From Polyangiaceae bacterium (GTDB lineage: Bacteria; Myxococcota_A; Polyangia; Polyangiales; Polyangiaceae): a DNA stretch of 64,000 nt. Under the pieces are notes generated by a model. The model did no database searches and was not told the DNA's origin. It saw only the letters and a list, made by a program, of their open reading frames with translations. Position 1 is the stretch's first letter, and every line of letters starts with the position of its first letter. The DNA is taken from contig CBDCTZ010000013.1 in the NCBI GenBank assembly GCA_965222375.1, positions 480,001 through 544,000 of the forward strand. Direction: 5' to 3'. This document shows, in pieces, positions 1 through 10,294 of the stretch. The translations under genes and the position numbers were made by a program.

Positions 1-595
1 TCTGGCGCGTTCCAAGGGGACGATCGCGATGGACGTCGCCTCCATCACCATGACCGAAGCGGGGGATGCAGGTCTGCGCGACGCGACCAATGCCGCCCGC
101 AGCTGGCTCAACGTCGGGTCCAATCGGCCTGAGGCCGAACGTGAACGCGTGCGATGGGCCAGCTTCAAAATCACCCGCATCGAGAACCTCACTTCCGACA
201 CAGCAGCCGGTGGGCGCAAAGTGAAGGTTCCGATTGTGCGCGACGCTGGCGCAGATGCGGCAGACTCCGGCGATGGACAGAACACCGCGACCGAGTCTCG
301 GCGCGTCCGACTCAAGGCGTTCGGTGCGGTGACCTTCAACGGATACCGAGTCGAAAAGCGCGTTTCGCTGGAAGTCGTGTTCCATTGGCGCGGAGACGCC
401 GACCTACATTCACCGCCCGTCCGCGCAAGCATCCGAACCCGACGGCCCTTTGTCCTGGAACTGGCCGCCCACGACATCGCTCCCCGTGACGAAACGGGCC
501 GACGGACACCCGGGGACGACAAGCTGATCGGCCGCCGGGTGAGCCGAGAAGCCCGCATAGAACTCGAGTTGAACGCAAAATTGGCGTCCAAATAG
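1..595 (+). CDS. YceI-like protein, 5'-truncated by window edge
   Basis: Frame is open from position 2 (LARSKGTIAMDVASI...). The RWASFKITRI and terminal ARIELELNAK strands resemble the YceI beta-barrel. Confidence 0.5.
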   Translation, partial: LARSKGTIAMDVASITMTEAGDAGLRDATNAARSWLNVGSNRPEAERERVRWASFKITRIENLTSDTAAGGRKVKVPIVRDAGADAADSGDGQNTATESRRVRLKAFGAVTFNGYRVEKRVSLEVVFHWRGDADLHSPPVRASIRTRRPFVLELAAHDIAPRDETGRRTPGDDKLIGRRVSREARIELELNAKLASK

Positions 596-625
596 GCCTC
601 AGCCCGGGAGCGGAGTGGCGAAAGC

Positions 626-652
626 TGAAACCGCAGCCGACGTCGCACGTAA
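626..652 (+). promoter_or_regulatory. Possible ECF-sigma promoter (TGAAAC-N16-CGTAA) for the RiPP operon
   Basis: GAAAC...CGT spacing is typical of ECF promoters; lies ~95 bp upstream of the precursor ATG. Confidence 0.25.
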
Positions 653-746
653 GCTAGGTGTGCCCCGGTGATTGTTCTGGGGCTAGAATTCGATCGGACC
701 GACCGTCCCGCTCGTACTAAAGTCGGTTCTCAAGAGGAGCGAGTCC

Positions 747-1190
747 ATGAATCAGAAGCTAACCATGACCAGTATCGCAGCCACCCTAGCCGCTCTGGGC
801 GCCGTGGCATGCGGAGGCGCAGCGCCGCCTGCCGAGAGTCCCGTAGAAGCGGAAGAAGTTCCCGCGGCGACCGCAGACCCCGCAGCGTCCGACATGGCTG
901 CAGCCGAAGAAGAAACCTCCGAGACGACGGAAGCGGCGACTGCCGAGACGACGGAAGGGGACAACGCAGCTGCCACTCCCGCCGCCGAGGATCCCGCGGC
1001 GACGACGACGACCACGGACAAGAAGGCCGGCGGTGCCAAGGCATCCTGCGGCGCTGGCGGTTGTGGCGGAGACAAGAAGGCCGCCGACACCAAGAAGACC
1101 ACGACGAAGAAAGCAACGACCAAGAAAAAGCCCCACGCCAAGAAAGCCGGCGGCGCCAAGATGGCCTGCGGCGCAGGCACCTGCGGCTGA
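747..1190 (+). CDS. MNIO-type RiPP precursor: lipoprotein with two KKAGGAKxxCGAGxCG motifs (oxazolin/bufferin CGEGKCG-like)
   Basis: GAGGAG RBS; signal peptide with lipobox AVAC; acidic Ala/Glu/Thr linker; Cys motifs SCGAGGCGG and ACGAGTCG-stop; directly upstream of DUF692. Confidence 0.8.
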   Translation: MNQKLTMTSIAATLAALGAVACGGAAPPAESPVEAEEVPAATADPAASDMAAAEEETSETTEAATAETTEGDNAAATPAAEDPAATTTTTDKKAGGAKASCGAGGCGGDKKAADTKKTTTKKATTKKKPHAKKAGGAKMACGAGTCG

Positions 1191-1258
1191 GCGGAAAGTC
1201 GGTGTCACCGGTTTCGGCGCGAGAATCGCGCCGGATCCGGGACTTGGGGCCCGGAATC

Positions 1259-2131
1259 ATGAAGCGAGATCTTTGCGGCGTCGGACTGGGGCTGCGTTGG
1301 GACTTCCTGGAAGAAGTCGTCGACGGCCCGCCTCTCGATGTCGCTTTTTTTGAGGTCTCGCCGGAGAACTACATGCGACGCGGTGGCTGGTACCCCGCCG
1401 CGCTCGAACAAATCTGCGAGCGGTACCCGGTCGTCACCCATGGGCTGACCATGTCTCTCGGGGCCATCGATCCGCCGCCGCCAGAGTACTTGCGAGAACT
1501 CTCGACCGAGCTGCAGCGGGTACACACGCCGTGGCATTCGGACCATCTTTGCTTCAGCACCGCTGGTCCGCTGGTGTTGCACGACCTGCTGCCTTTGAAG
1601 CTGTGCAGCGACAACGTTCAGCGCGTCGCGGATCGCCTGAGGCGGGTCGAAGACGCCCTCAAGCTCCCAATGAGCTTGGAGAACATCAGCTACTACGCCC
1701 ACCCCGGGCGGCCGGAGATGCCCGAAGCCGAGTTCATCACACAGATCCTCGAAAAAAGTGGCTCGGGTCTACTGCTGGATGTGAACAACGTCTGGGTCAA
1801 CGCGCAGAATCACGGCTTCGACGCCGAAGAATTCATCGCCAGCCTGCCTCTGGACAAGGTGACCCAGTTGCACATCGCGGGGCACTTCCGAGCGGAGTCG
1901 GGGTTGATCATCGACACCCACGGCGCTCCGGTCATCAACCCGGTCATCGAGTTGCTTGAATTCACGGTCAAACGGGTCGGGCCCGTACCTGTCCTGCTGG
2001 AACGAGACAACGAGATCCCCCCACTCGAGGATCTACTCGAGGAGGTCGCGACGCTGAGGGCCGCCTACCAGCGCGCCTTGGCATCTCGGAAGCCAGACGC
2101 TCAGGAGGCAGCGCGTGCAGGCGTCGCTTGA
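1259..2131 (+). CDS. DUF692 family multinuclear non-heme iron-dependent oxidase (MNIO, BufB/HvfB-like)
   Basis: GVGLGLR, FFEVSPENY, HGLTMSLG, WHSDHL, LENISYY, LLLDVNNV, HIAGH, IDTHG and LLERD motifs. Start reassigned to ATG 1259. Confidence 0.95.
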   Translation: MKRDLCGVGLGLRWDFLEEVVDGPPLDVAFFEVSPENYMRRGGWYPAALEQICERYPVVTHGLTMSLGAIDPPPPEYLRELSTELQRVHTPWHSDHLCFSTAGPLVLHDLLPLKLCSDNVQRVADRLRRVEDALKLPMSLENISYYAHPGRPEMPEAEFITQILEKSGSGLLLDVNNVWVNAQNHGFDAEEFIASLPLDKVTQLHIAGHFRAESGLIIDTHGAPVINPVIELLEFTVKRVGPVPVLLERDNEIPPLEDLLEEVATLRAAYQRALASRKPDAQEAARAGVA

Positions 2132-2921
2132 AGCCGCGATGGCCGAGTTGTGCCTCGGCGCGGAGATTGACGCCGGCGACGAGCAAGCAGTGCGTCAGTG
2201 GCTCGAGCGGCACGGCGTCACCGAGGCCGATGTAGAACATGTGCTACAGGGCAGCGTCGAGCGGCTGTTCGTCTACCGCAATCTGGTTCGTGGCAATCTG
2301 TGGGAGGCCATGCGGGCGTCCATTCCACGCACCATGGCGCGCCTGGGTCCCGTGTTCGAAGAATACTTCGATCGGTTCTTGGGCGAGCACGGCCCGCGCA
2401 CCCACTACCTACGAGACTCCATAACCGAGCTGTTGGATTTCTGCGCCCCACTCTGGAAGGCCGACCCCCGCGTTCCCGCCTACATGATGCAGCTGGCCGA
2501 GCATGAACACGTGCAGATCGTGGTCGGCGCCATGCTCTCTGCCACAGAAAGCGTCGAGCCCGAGGAGCTGGATTTGGACGCCGGGCTCCGCTTCATCGAG
2601 GCCGCCAAGCTGATGCACTACGACTGGGCCTTGCACTTGCTCAGCGAGAGCGAAACCGACCTCACGCCACCGCAGAAGATAGCCACCACGCTTCTGGTGT
2701 ATCGCAACCCAGAACACGAGGTGCGCTACCTGGCTTTGTCTCCTTTGGCGGCGCGAATTCTGACCGAAACTCTGGAGCACAAACGCACCCTACGCGAAGG
2801 AATCATCCGGGCATGCGAAGCCGAGGGTACAGCGTTGGATGCAGCCGTCCTGGCCGGGACTGCCGAGCTACTGGCCGACTTGGCACAGCGCGGCGCCTTG
2901 CTGGGACCAGAACATGCCTGA
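2115..2921 (+). CDS. DUF2063-type MNIO partner protein (HvfC/BufC-like)
   Basis: RLFVYRNLVRGNL...PRT motif and LLVYRN C-terminal motif; overlaps the DUF692 stop. Confidence 0.85.
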   Translation: MQASLEAAMAELCLGAEIDAGDEQAVRQWLERHGVTEADVEHVLQGSVERLFVYRNLVRGNLWEAMRASIPRTMARLGPVFEEYFDRFLGEHGPRTHYLRDSITELLDFCAPLWKADPRVPAYMMQLAEHEHVQIVVGAMLSATESVEPEELDLDAGLRFIEAAKLMHYDWALHLLSESETDLTPPQKIATTLLVYRNPEHEVRYLALSPLAARILTETLEHKRTLREGIIRACEAEGTALDAAVLAGTAELLADLAQRGALLGPEHA

Positions 2922-2971
2922 AACAGGCAATGACAGCGTTATTCGGCTAGGGTCTCGCGCGGAGGACACGG

Positions 2972-5020
2972 GTGGCTGAGCGAGATCCCCTCTCAATCAT
3001 AGGCGAGACGGTCGCCGACAAGTACTTGATCGAGAAGATGGTCGGTGAAGGCGGTTTTGCCGTCGTTTACCGGGCGATGCACACGATCTGGAAGAAGCCC
3101 GTCGCCATCAAGTTCTTCAGTGAACTGTCTAACGCACCCGCAGACCAGCGCGAGAGCCTTCAGGAAGCCTTCATTCAGGAAGGCGCGCTGCTCACCGAGC
3201 TGTCGAGCCAGTCCGCTGGCATCGTGCAGGCTAGAGACGTCGGCACCTACACGACGCCGGAGGGGCGCTGGATGCCCTTCATGGTTTTGGAGTGGCTCGG
3301 CGGGCTCTCTCTGGAAGACGCCATCATCGAGACCCAGGAGCGGGGCCCCTGGTCATTGCGCGAGACCCTCGCCGTGATCGCGCCAACCGGCGAGGCGCTA
3401 GACGTTGCCCACGGGCGAGGAATCGCTCACCGCGACATCAAGCCGGCCAATATCTTCATCCTGGGTGGTGCCCCCCGGAGCGAAGGCATCACCGTGAAGC
3501 TCCTCGACTTCGGCGTTGCCAAGCTGATTACGGACAACACCCAAATGAAGGCAGCGCTCGCCAAAACGGGCACGAACATCACCTCCTTCACGCCCCAGTA
3601 CGGCGCGCCAGAGCAATTTAGTCGCTCCTACGGCGCCACTGGGCCGTGGACAGATGTCTTCTCCCTTGCCTTGGTCGCCGTGGAGCTTCTCGTAGGAAAG
3701 AACGCCCTGGATGGCGACGATTTGATCCAGTTGGCCTACAGCGCCGGCAGCAAAGAACGCCGCCCCACTCCCCACGCCCTTGGCATGGCTGTGCCGGACG
3801 CGGTGGAAGCGGTGTTCGCCAAGGCACTCGCAGTTGCCCCGGAAGCGCGCTACGCGCGCGCCGGCGATTTCGTGGCAGCCCTGAGTTCCGCAGTCGAGTC
3901 GCTCAGCGAGGAGCAACGCAGCGGGCGGGGAGTCGCGCCCACCCAGCAGATGGCGCTGGATAGAACCGTCGTGGCCACGGATCCGGCGGCCATGCCGGTC
4001 AACATGACTACGAGCTCACCGTCTACGATGACGCCCTCTGGGAGGAGTTCCGGACGGGGAGCGATTTTCGCTCTCGCCGGGGTAGGCGCCCTCGTGGCCA
4101 TTGCTGCGGTCGTGTTCTTCCTTCGAGGCAAGAGCGACAATGCCACCGCAGCAGCCTCATCAGCCTCCGCCTTGGCGGCATCGGCGGCTCCCCTGGTGAG
4201 CACCCCGCCACCCCCAACTTGCCCGGATGACATGGTGAGCATCAAGGGCGGCGAGTTCTTCATGGGGTCCGACGACAGCAACGCTGCCGACAACGAAAAA
4301 CCATCCCACAACGTCAAGCTATCGCCCTATTGCATCGACAAGACAGAAGTCACTCGCAAAGCCTATTTGGCATGCAGCAAACGCGGTGCATGCCCTCGCG
4401 CGGGTCGCGAGGCTCGCTGGCCCAACATCACCGACAAAGATCGCAAGGCCTGGTCACCGCTTTGCAACGAAGGCGCTGCGGACCGTAGCAACCATCCCAT
4501 CAATTGCGTAACTCATCGGGATGCCGAGTCCTACTGCAAGAAGCAGGGCAAGCGTCTGCCAACGGAAGCGGAGTGGGAGTTTGCTACCCGCGGACCGGAT
4601 GGTCGCATTTACCCCTGGGGCGACGACGACCCAGGGGCTGCACACCTCAACTCCTGCGACAAGGAATGTGCCCAGTGGGCCAAGGAGTCCGGCGCCGCCG
4701 TGAAAGTCTTGTTCCCCGAGGACAGTGACGGATTCGGCGCCACCGCTCCTGTCGGGTCGTTCAAAGCAGGCAGCTCCCGTTTTGGGCCCCAAGACGTGGT
4801 GGGCAATGTGTGGGAGTGGGTTCAAGACTTCGAGGGCCCTTACTCGACCGAAGCCGTTGAAAACCCCACCGGGCCGAAGACCGGGGAGCGCAGGGTCATC
4901 CGTGGCGGCGGTTTCGACAGCGGCTCCACGACCTGGCTACGCCCATCTTTTCGCTACGGCGCAGATCCCGACAATCGGTCCCCGACCATCGGCTTCCGCT
5001 GCGCGAAGTCGCTGCAATAG
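2972..5020 (+). CDS. Ser/Thr protein kinase, TM helix and C-terminal FGE-sulfatase (SUMF1-like) domain
   Basis: GEGGFAVVY, HRDIKPAN, DFG and YGAPEQ; TM segment; FFMGS, RLPTEAEWE, GNVWEW and GFRCA. Confidence 0.93.
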   Translation: MAERDPLSIIGETVADKYLIEKMVGEGGFAVVYRAMHTIWKKPVAIKFFSELSNAPADQRESLQEAFIQEGALLTELSSQSAGIVQARDVGTYTTPEGRWMPFMVLEWLGGLSLEDAIIETQERGPWSLRETLAVIAPTGEALDVAHGRGIAHRDIKPANIFILGGAPRSEGITVKLLDFGVAKLITDNTQMKAALAKTGTNITSFTPQYGAPEQFSRSYGATGPWTDVFSLALVAVELLVGKNALDGDDLIQLAYSAGSKERRPTPHALGMAVPDAVEAVFAKALAVAPEARYARAGDFVAALSSAVESLSEEQRSGRGVAPTQQMALDRTVVATDPAAMPVNMTTSSPSTMTPSGRSSGRGAIFALAGVGALVAIAAVVFFLRGKSDNATAAASSASALAASAAPLVSTPPPPTCPDDMVSIKGGEFFMGSDDSNAADNEKPSHNVKLSPYCIDKTEVTRKAYLACSKRGACPRAGREARWPNITDKDRKAWSPLCNEGAADRSNHPINCVTHRDAESYCKKQGKRLPTEAEWEFATRGPDGRIYPWGDDDPGAAHLNSCDKECAQWAKESGAAVKVLFPEDSDGFGATAPVGSFKAGSSRFGPQDVVGNVWEWVQDFEGPYSTEAVENPTGPKTGERRVIRGGGFDSGSTTWLRPSFRYGADPDNRSPTIGFRCAKSLQ

Positions 5021-5062
5021 CCGGCAGACTGGACCCGGCCGGGCAGAGCCTGATTAACTCGG

Positions 5063-7456
5063 GTGTCCATGGGTGGCGGTCCGCTCGATTCCCCGCGTCT
5101 GAGAGCCATCGAGCAAGCACTCGACGGCGGGGACGTAGCGTCAGCGCAGCAGCAGCTGGCGGAAGTGGGACCCGATCCGAACCACGCCGAGGCCGTCGCC
5201 TACCTCTCCACTCGCATTCTGTTCCAACTGGGCCGGGTGACCCGGGCCCAAGCGGCAACCCGGTTGCGCGAAGTCCTCAAGAACGTGGACTACTTTCCCG
5301 AGGCCGCACATTGGCTTCGGCTCGCGGACGAGCGGCCCGAAAGCAGCCGGCCCGTGCGGCGCTCGGCACCGCCCTTCAAATCGGGCCCGGGCAGTAACCC
5401 CGATCCCAAGCTAGCCGACCTAGTCCTAACCCTCGACGCTCCGGGAAAAAAAGCCAACCCACGTCGCTCGAGCGGAGCACATCGCCCACGGCTGTCCAAC
5501 CCGAGCATTCCACGGGCGGGCAGGCTGCCGCGGATCAGCACGCCGCCGGATCCCACGCCCAGCTACGCACCGGAAGAGGATGACGCAGAGGAATCCCCAC
5601 GGGCCGGCAGCTACTCGGAACACCCCCCTGGAGTCGAAATCGTCGAAGCACCGAGGCGCTCGAGTGCGCCACCCCCGAACAGCAGCGAGATGACACCGGT
5701 GCCGGTGACTGAGCCGGAAAAGGCGAACCCCCGCATTCGCTCAGGCCCACCACCGGCAGTCGTGGAGCGTGCACTGCCAACCAGCTTGTTCGAGATTGCC
5801 GAGCTGGCCGACTCGGGCCACCTCGGTGCGGCGCTGCGCGCGCTGGAGGCACTACCCGCCCCGCTGGGGGCGGAGCACACCCTGCTCTACGCGCGGCTCT
5901 TGCATCGCGCGACCCGGGATCGAGAGGCCCTTGCGCTTCTGGAGCGTATGGAATCCGCGCCCTTGCTCGACCCGGAAGTTCGGGCTGCGGTGAGCCGACA
6001 GCTCCTCGAGATAGGGCAAATCGAGAGAGCTCGAATCCAGGCGGAACGCGCGTTCGCCGATGACGAAACATCCGGGGGGGCGCGCGCCGCACTGGTAGCG
6101 GTGCTCGCCAGGGTCGCGCTTGAGGGCGACAGCAAGGACCTGGAGCGCGCTCAGGAGCTACTAGCCGGAGATCTTGGTACCGGCCCGGAAACGGCGGCCC
6201 TCATGTCCGCCCGCGCCCTCGGCCACGCTTGCGCCGAAGGAAGCCAGGTGGCGGTAAGCGATGCCTTGCGTGCCCTGCATCTCGATCCCCACTCGGTCAA
6301 CGCCCTGGCCGCGTTGGCGCTTGGTTCGGCCCAGCTGTGTCGGGTGCACGACGCCCAACAGGCCTGGCTGCGCTTGAACCGCGCCGACCCCAGCTTCGCG
6401 CGAGCGCTCGCCCCCAAGATTGACGGCCTCGGCATCGCCCTGACGGATTTGGAGAACGTGATCCCCGGCCACAGTTTGCCAGCGGGGGCTTCACCCTGGG
6501 AGCCCGTTGAGATGCTGGTCGCGGACGCCGAGTTCGCGCCAGCGATCGTCACCTTGGAGAACCTCGCCCGGGACACGCTGGCGCAGGTCGCACACCGCGG
6601 CGGCGGCGAACTGATGGTGCTGGGCACCGTGGGCGCGACCTTCCTGACCCGTGTGCCGCTATTCCGAGACTTCGCGCCCTACGACTTGTCTCTGAGCAGC
6701 TTGGCTCGACTCGACCATGCCCTGGCCACGCTCTATAGTCCGCGTCGACCCAAGGAAATGGCGTCGGACCACTACTCGCTGCTGCTTCTGGCCGGCGCGT
6801 ATTTCGGCGAGACCTTGCGCCAATGCGGTGAGCTCAGTTGGCGAGGTTCCCTCACTTCACCCAACGACGCGCGAGTGCTGGGCGCGGGAATGGAATGGCA
6901 CCCGTTTCAGCTGGTCGAGCAGCGCATGATGTACGGCGCTCCTCTGCCCCAAGCGAACGACCTCGGCTTTTCGACCCACTCTCGACCACGGGCGTGGAGC
7001 CATCGCATGCTCATCCCTGAGGTTCCGCCCTGCCCCTGGGACCCGGAAACCTGGCCTACGCTGCGCATGATCGAGCGGTTGGGGCGCGCGATGTCGCGCT
7101 CGGTCGTGGCGCGTTTCTGCGCCGACCATGCCGATGGCCCCCTAGACAGGACCATCGCGTCGCTATCCGCAGTCGATTCCTTCTTGGCCCTGGTTGCGCC
7201 CGCCAAGAGCCAGGCCATGGACCCTAGCTTGGCGCGTCGTGTGGCGGTGCTCGTGGGGTCTTATGTTGGAGAGACGTTGCGTGCGGCTTTGGGGGGAACC
7301 TGGCAGGACAGCGGCAAGGAGGGCGCGGACGCGTTCGAACTCGTCGTCAGCCCCGCCGCTTCAGCAAAACCCATCGCGGTCGCCCTCAAACGGGTGCAGG
7401 GCGAGTCCACCTCCATGAGTGGCTACGTGACCCGCTTCATGGACAAACGCGCGTGA
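5063..7456 (+). CDS. Large TPR-like protein with two DUF3806-like C-terminal repeats
   Basis: Helical Ala/Leu repeats and a Pro-rich linker; two copies of a SL..LD...G(A/S)Y(F/V)GETLR...W motif. Confidence 0.6.
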   Translation: MSMGGGPLDSPRLRAIEQALDGGDVASAQQQLAEVGPDPNHAEAVAYLSTRILFQLGRVTRAQAATRLREVLKNVDYFPEAAHWLRLADERPESSRPVRRSAPPFKSGPGSNPDPKLADLVLTLDAPGKKANPRRSSGAHRPRLSNPSIPRAGRLPRISTPPDPTPSYAPEEDDAEESPRAGSYSEHPPGVEIVEAPRRSSAPPPNSSEMTPVPVTEPEKANPRIRSGPPPAVVERALPTSLFEIAELADSGHLGAALRALEALPAPLGAEHTLLYARLLHRATRDREALALLERMESAPLLDPEVRAAVSRQLLEIGQIERARIQAERAFADDETSGGARAALVAVLARVALEGDSKDLERAQELLAGDLGTGPETAALMSARALGHACAEGSQVAVSDALRALHLDPHSVNALAALALGSAQLCRVHDAQQAWLRLNRADPSFARALAPKIDGLGIALTDLENVIPGHSLPAGASPWEPVEMLVADAEFAPAIVTLENLARDTLAQVAHRGGGELMVLGTVGATFLTRVPLFRDFAPYDLSLSSLARLDHALATLYSPRRPKEMASDHYSLLLLAGAYFGETLRQCGELSWRGSLTSPNDARVLGAGMEWHPFQLVEQRMMYGAPLPQANDLGFSTHSRPRAWSHRMLIPEVPPCPWDPETWPTLRMIERLGRAMSRSVVARFCADHADGPLDRTIASLSAVDSFLALVAPAKSQAMDPSLARRVAVLVGSYVGETLRAALGGTWQDSGKEGADAFELVVSPAASAKPIAVALKRVQGESTSMSGYVTRFMDKRA

Positions 7457-7497
7457 GCGGTCGGCCGTCCCAGTCGCCAGGCTGTTCTCACAGGGAG

Positions 7498-8352
7498 CTA
7501 GATCCCCCAATAGTGACTGATGATCTCGTCGAGCGCCCATCGCCTCGAGCGCTGAGCGAAGACCAGCCATAGGCTGCGCCACGCCTCGTAGCAGTTCGTC
7601 TTCGGCTGCGGAGCGGGGCCACACACCTGCTCGTGGGTGTAGAGCTCCACGTAGATGCGGTCGGCCAGGCCGCTGTGGATCAGCGACGCGCCATTGTTGT
7701 CGGCCCGGCTGGCAAAGCAGTTGTACGTGGGTCTTGCGTCGAGCTGCTTGGAATGCAGCAGGAAGATCCGATCGAACGCTCCAGCGCAATTCAGCCGGGG
7801 CAGCGTATCGGCGCCGGTATCGACCTCCCAAGGCCTGACTGCCGACGAAGAGCCACACGCGGCAAGGTAGCGCGTGGAAAACCGCTTGCCGTCGCCCTTG
7901 GATGGGCTCAACCCGATGCCGGCGGTTGGGTCGGTGAGTGCGGACAGGGCGGGAAAGTCACGGCGGTGAAGCGCGCCAATGGCGCGGCTGACCAGCTTGC
8001 CAACTGCTCGCTCTGCAGCATCGGGATCAAGAAAGGCTTCGATCTGAGCGTCGGCCCAGGCGCGCGTGTCTTGGCCATCCGGCGCCAGCGTGGCGCCGCT
8101 CTGCTGCGCAGCCAATTCCTTACGCACCCGGCAGCGCTGACGCCAATTGGGATCGACGGCGGGACGGGCGACGGCCGGACGCGCCGGGGGCGGCTTCACG
8201 GATCCCGCCGACGGCACCGCGACAACCGGAGCAGCCTCGGGCGACGATGCAGGCAGCTGGGCTGGCGGCGGCGCGGGCGGCTTCGAGCAGGCAAGTGCGA
8301 GGGTGATGCCGGGCCAGACAATGCGTGACGCGCGAAGCATGACCCAGGACAA
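7498..8352 (-). CDS. Hypothetical lipoprotein
   Basis: Lipobox LALAC, Pro-rich linker, WRSLWLVF C-terminus. Confidence 0.6.
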   Translation of the reverse strand: MSWVMLRASRIVWPGITLALACSKPPAPPPAQLPASSPEAAPVVAVPSAGSVKPPPARPAVARPAVDPNWRQRCRVRKELAAQQSGATLAPDGQDTRAWADAQIEAFLDPDAAERAVGKLVSRAIGALHRRDFPALSALTDPTAGIGLSPSKGDGKRFSTRYLAACGSSSAVRPWEVDTGADTLPRLNCAGAFDRIFLLHSKQLDARPTYNCFASRADNNGASLIHSGLADRIYVELYTHEQVCGPAPQPKTNCYEAWRSLWLVFAQRSRRWALDEIISHYWGI

Positions 8353-8498
8353 ACGCCCATCCGCAAAGATTCAGTCCCGCCCACGGGGAGACCATGCTGC
8401 TCCTGGCCCCAGGGCGAGATTAGGGCTCCAGGGACGCCCCAGAGCGCGACCCCAAACCTCAACACTGCCCGGCTCCCAAACGTTTTGACGCCGTTGGC

Positions 8499-10193
8499 TC
8501 AAGGGTGCACGTGCACCAGCGTGCCTTGGCGCAGCGTCATGGCGCCGTGCCAGCTGTCCGGCACGGGAGGATCAGTCCAATGGAACAGCCAATTGGCGTC
8601 CAGGGGTGACAAGTTGATGCAGCCGTGGCTGCGCGGCTTGCCAAAAGAGTCATGCCAGTACGCAGCGTGCAGCGCATAGCCCTCAGTGAAGTACTGCACG
8701 TAGGGCACGTCCCGGAGATCGAACTCATCGCCGACTTCATCCCCACTCATGGTTGCCGTGACGTGTTTGGTATGAACCAGGAACTGCCCGCGAACCGTAG
8801 AGTGGGTCTTTTTGGGATCGCCGAGTCCGGCCGCTCCAGTGCTGACCAGGGTCGCGTAGACCGGCGTCACGCCCTCGTAGGCCACCAGGGTCTGCTTCAA
8901 GATCGAAATGCTGAGCCAAGTCCGCCCTGGCTTCGCCCAACCCGGCCGCTTCTTCATCGGGTTGACGCGCACCAAATTTTCATCGCGCAGGTAGCCCCCT
9001 CCGCGGACCTCTAGGTAGCGCACTCCGCCAACGCGAACGGCTTTGCCCGTGATGGCTATGGCCTCTCGAAAACGAAGCCGCCGCTCGGCCTCGAGCCCCT
9101 TACGCAAGTCGCCCTGGAGCAGGAAGGCCGCCCGAGAGCGCACGAAAACCACAGGTAGGGGCGTCTGAGCGTCGATTGCGACGCCTCGGAACTTACTCGG
9201 CACGACGCGTTTCATGCGGTCGAGGGGCATCACGTCCAAATCAACGCTGAAGCCGAAAGCACGCCCTTCGGATTCGAAGAGGGAGAGCATCGCGAAGCCG
9301 CTCTGGGGCAATCCACGCCCGGTGTAGATCGAACGCGGCGAATGACGCCCGCCACCCCAGGTGTAGCTCGGCTGACCGTTGGCGAGCAGCTCGGGGATTG
9401 GGCCGCGAGGTGCGTCCTTCCAGGCCTTCGCCGTGCCATGAGTCAGGTGACGCGCGAGATCATGCTCGACCCGGCGTTGCTCCTTGGGTGAAGGGACCTT
9501 GGTGTAGAAGGGCGGTGTCGGGAAGCGGCTGATCCCGTACTCGTAGGGCAGAGCGGCTTTTCGATTCGCGCGCCGCGCCGTAGCGATCGCCAGAGGATGC
9601 GTGACGTCCAAGCTCGCGTACTTGCCGACGCAGACGTAACCCTCGGGCTCGACTGAATACCAACCCTGCGGACATGCTTTGTATCCGACGGGCTTTTCAC
9701 TGCGGCGCAGGATCGCGCCGGTGCGCAAGTAGCCTATCTTGCGAGCACGATAGGAGGGTGCTGCGCGCACGAAGACCTCCCGCCCGATCGCCACTAGGCT
9801 GCGTTCGGGATCGACGTCACTGCCCGGCAGTTCATAGTCAAACGCCGCGACGGCCCCTTGGTGCGCGACGACGACCGTGTCGCCTGCTCCGTCATCCGGC
9901 GCGGGCCGCTCCTGGTCCAGGGCTTCTAGCGCGGCCGGGTCCGGCTTAGGCCAATCGCCGCGCTCGTCGGGCGCCACCTGGCCCAAATCAAAGGGCGCCT
10001 GACCGGAACGTTTGCGCGTCCGATTCGCCGCGCGGGCACTGCCCTCGGCGTGACCCTGCTGCAGCTCCGGCGCGGCAAGTCGCTTGGCGATCACCGTGGC
10101 GACGGTCTGACGCGCAAGCTGCGCCCAGGGCGTGAGCGCGAAACCGCCCGCCCCAAGAAGGACCACCACAGGCAAAACAAGGCGCATACGCAT
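8499..10193 (-). CDS. L,D-transpeptidase (YkuD family)
   Basis: Catalytic ALHAAYWHDSFGKPRSHGCINLS motif; N-terminal signal or TM segment. Confidence 0.92.
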   Translation of the reverse strand: MRMRLVLPVVVLLGAGGFALTPWAQLARQTVATVIAKRLAAPELQQGHAEGSARAANRTRKRSGQAPFDLGQVAPDERGDWPKPDPAALEALDQERPAPDDGAGDTVVVAHQGAVAAFDYELPGSDVDPERSLVAIGREVFVRAAPSYRARKIGYLRTGAILRRSEKPVGYKACPQGWYSVEPEGYVCVGKYASLDVTHPLAIATARRANRKAALPYEYGISRFPTPPFYTKVPSPKEQRRVEHDLARHLTHGTAKAWKDAPRGPIPELLANGQPSYTWGGGRHSPRSIYTGRGLPQSGFAMLSLFESEGRAFGFSVDLDVMPLDRMKRVVPSKFRGVAIDAQTPLPVVFVRSRAAFLLQGDLRKGLEAERRLRFREAIAITGKAVRVGGVRYLEVRGGGYLRDENLVRVNPMKKRPGWAKPGRTWLSISILKQTLVAYEGVTPVYATLVSTGAAGLGDPKKTHSTVRGQFLVHTKHVTATMSGDEVGDEFDLRDVPYVQYFTEGYALHAAYWHDSFGKPRSHGCINLSPLDANWLFHWTDPPVPDSWHGAMTLRQGTLVHVHP

Positions 10194-10294
10194 CGGAAAC
10201 GCTCTCGTCGGGCTTAACGGAGGCTCGCCCCATGGGCCCAATTTCCCGGCTTTCGTCAGGGGCCCGGCGCCGCTGGCCGTGGTATGGGGCGGCC

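Noticed and set aside
668..1258. N-terminal extension of the 487-aa ORF
   Set aside because: It is an off-frame read through the precursor gene; DUF692 homology starts at ATG 1259.
4880..5020. FGE (C-type lectin fold) C-terminus plus Avd-like gene as a diversity-generating retroelement
   Set aside because: No reverse transcriptase, and no template repeat of this region was seen in the window.
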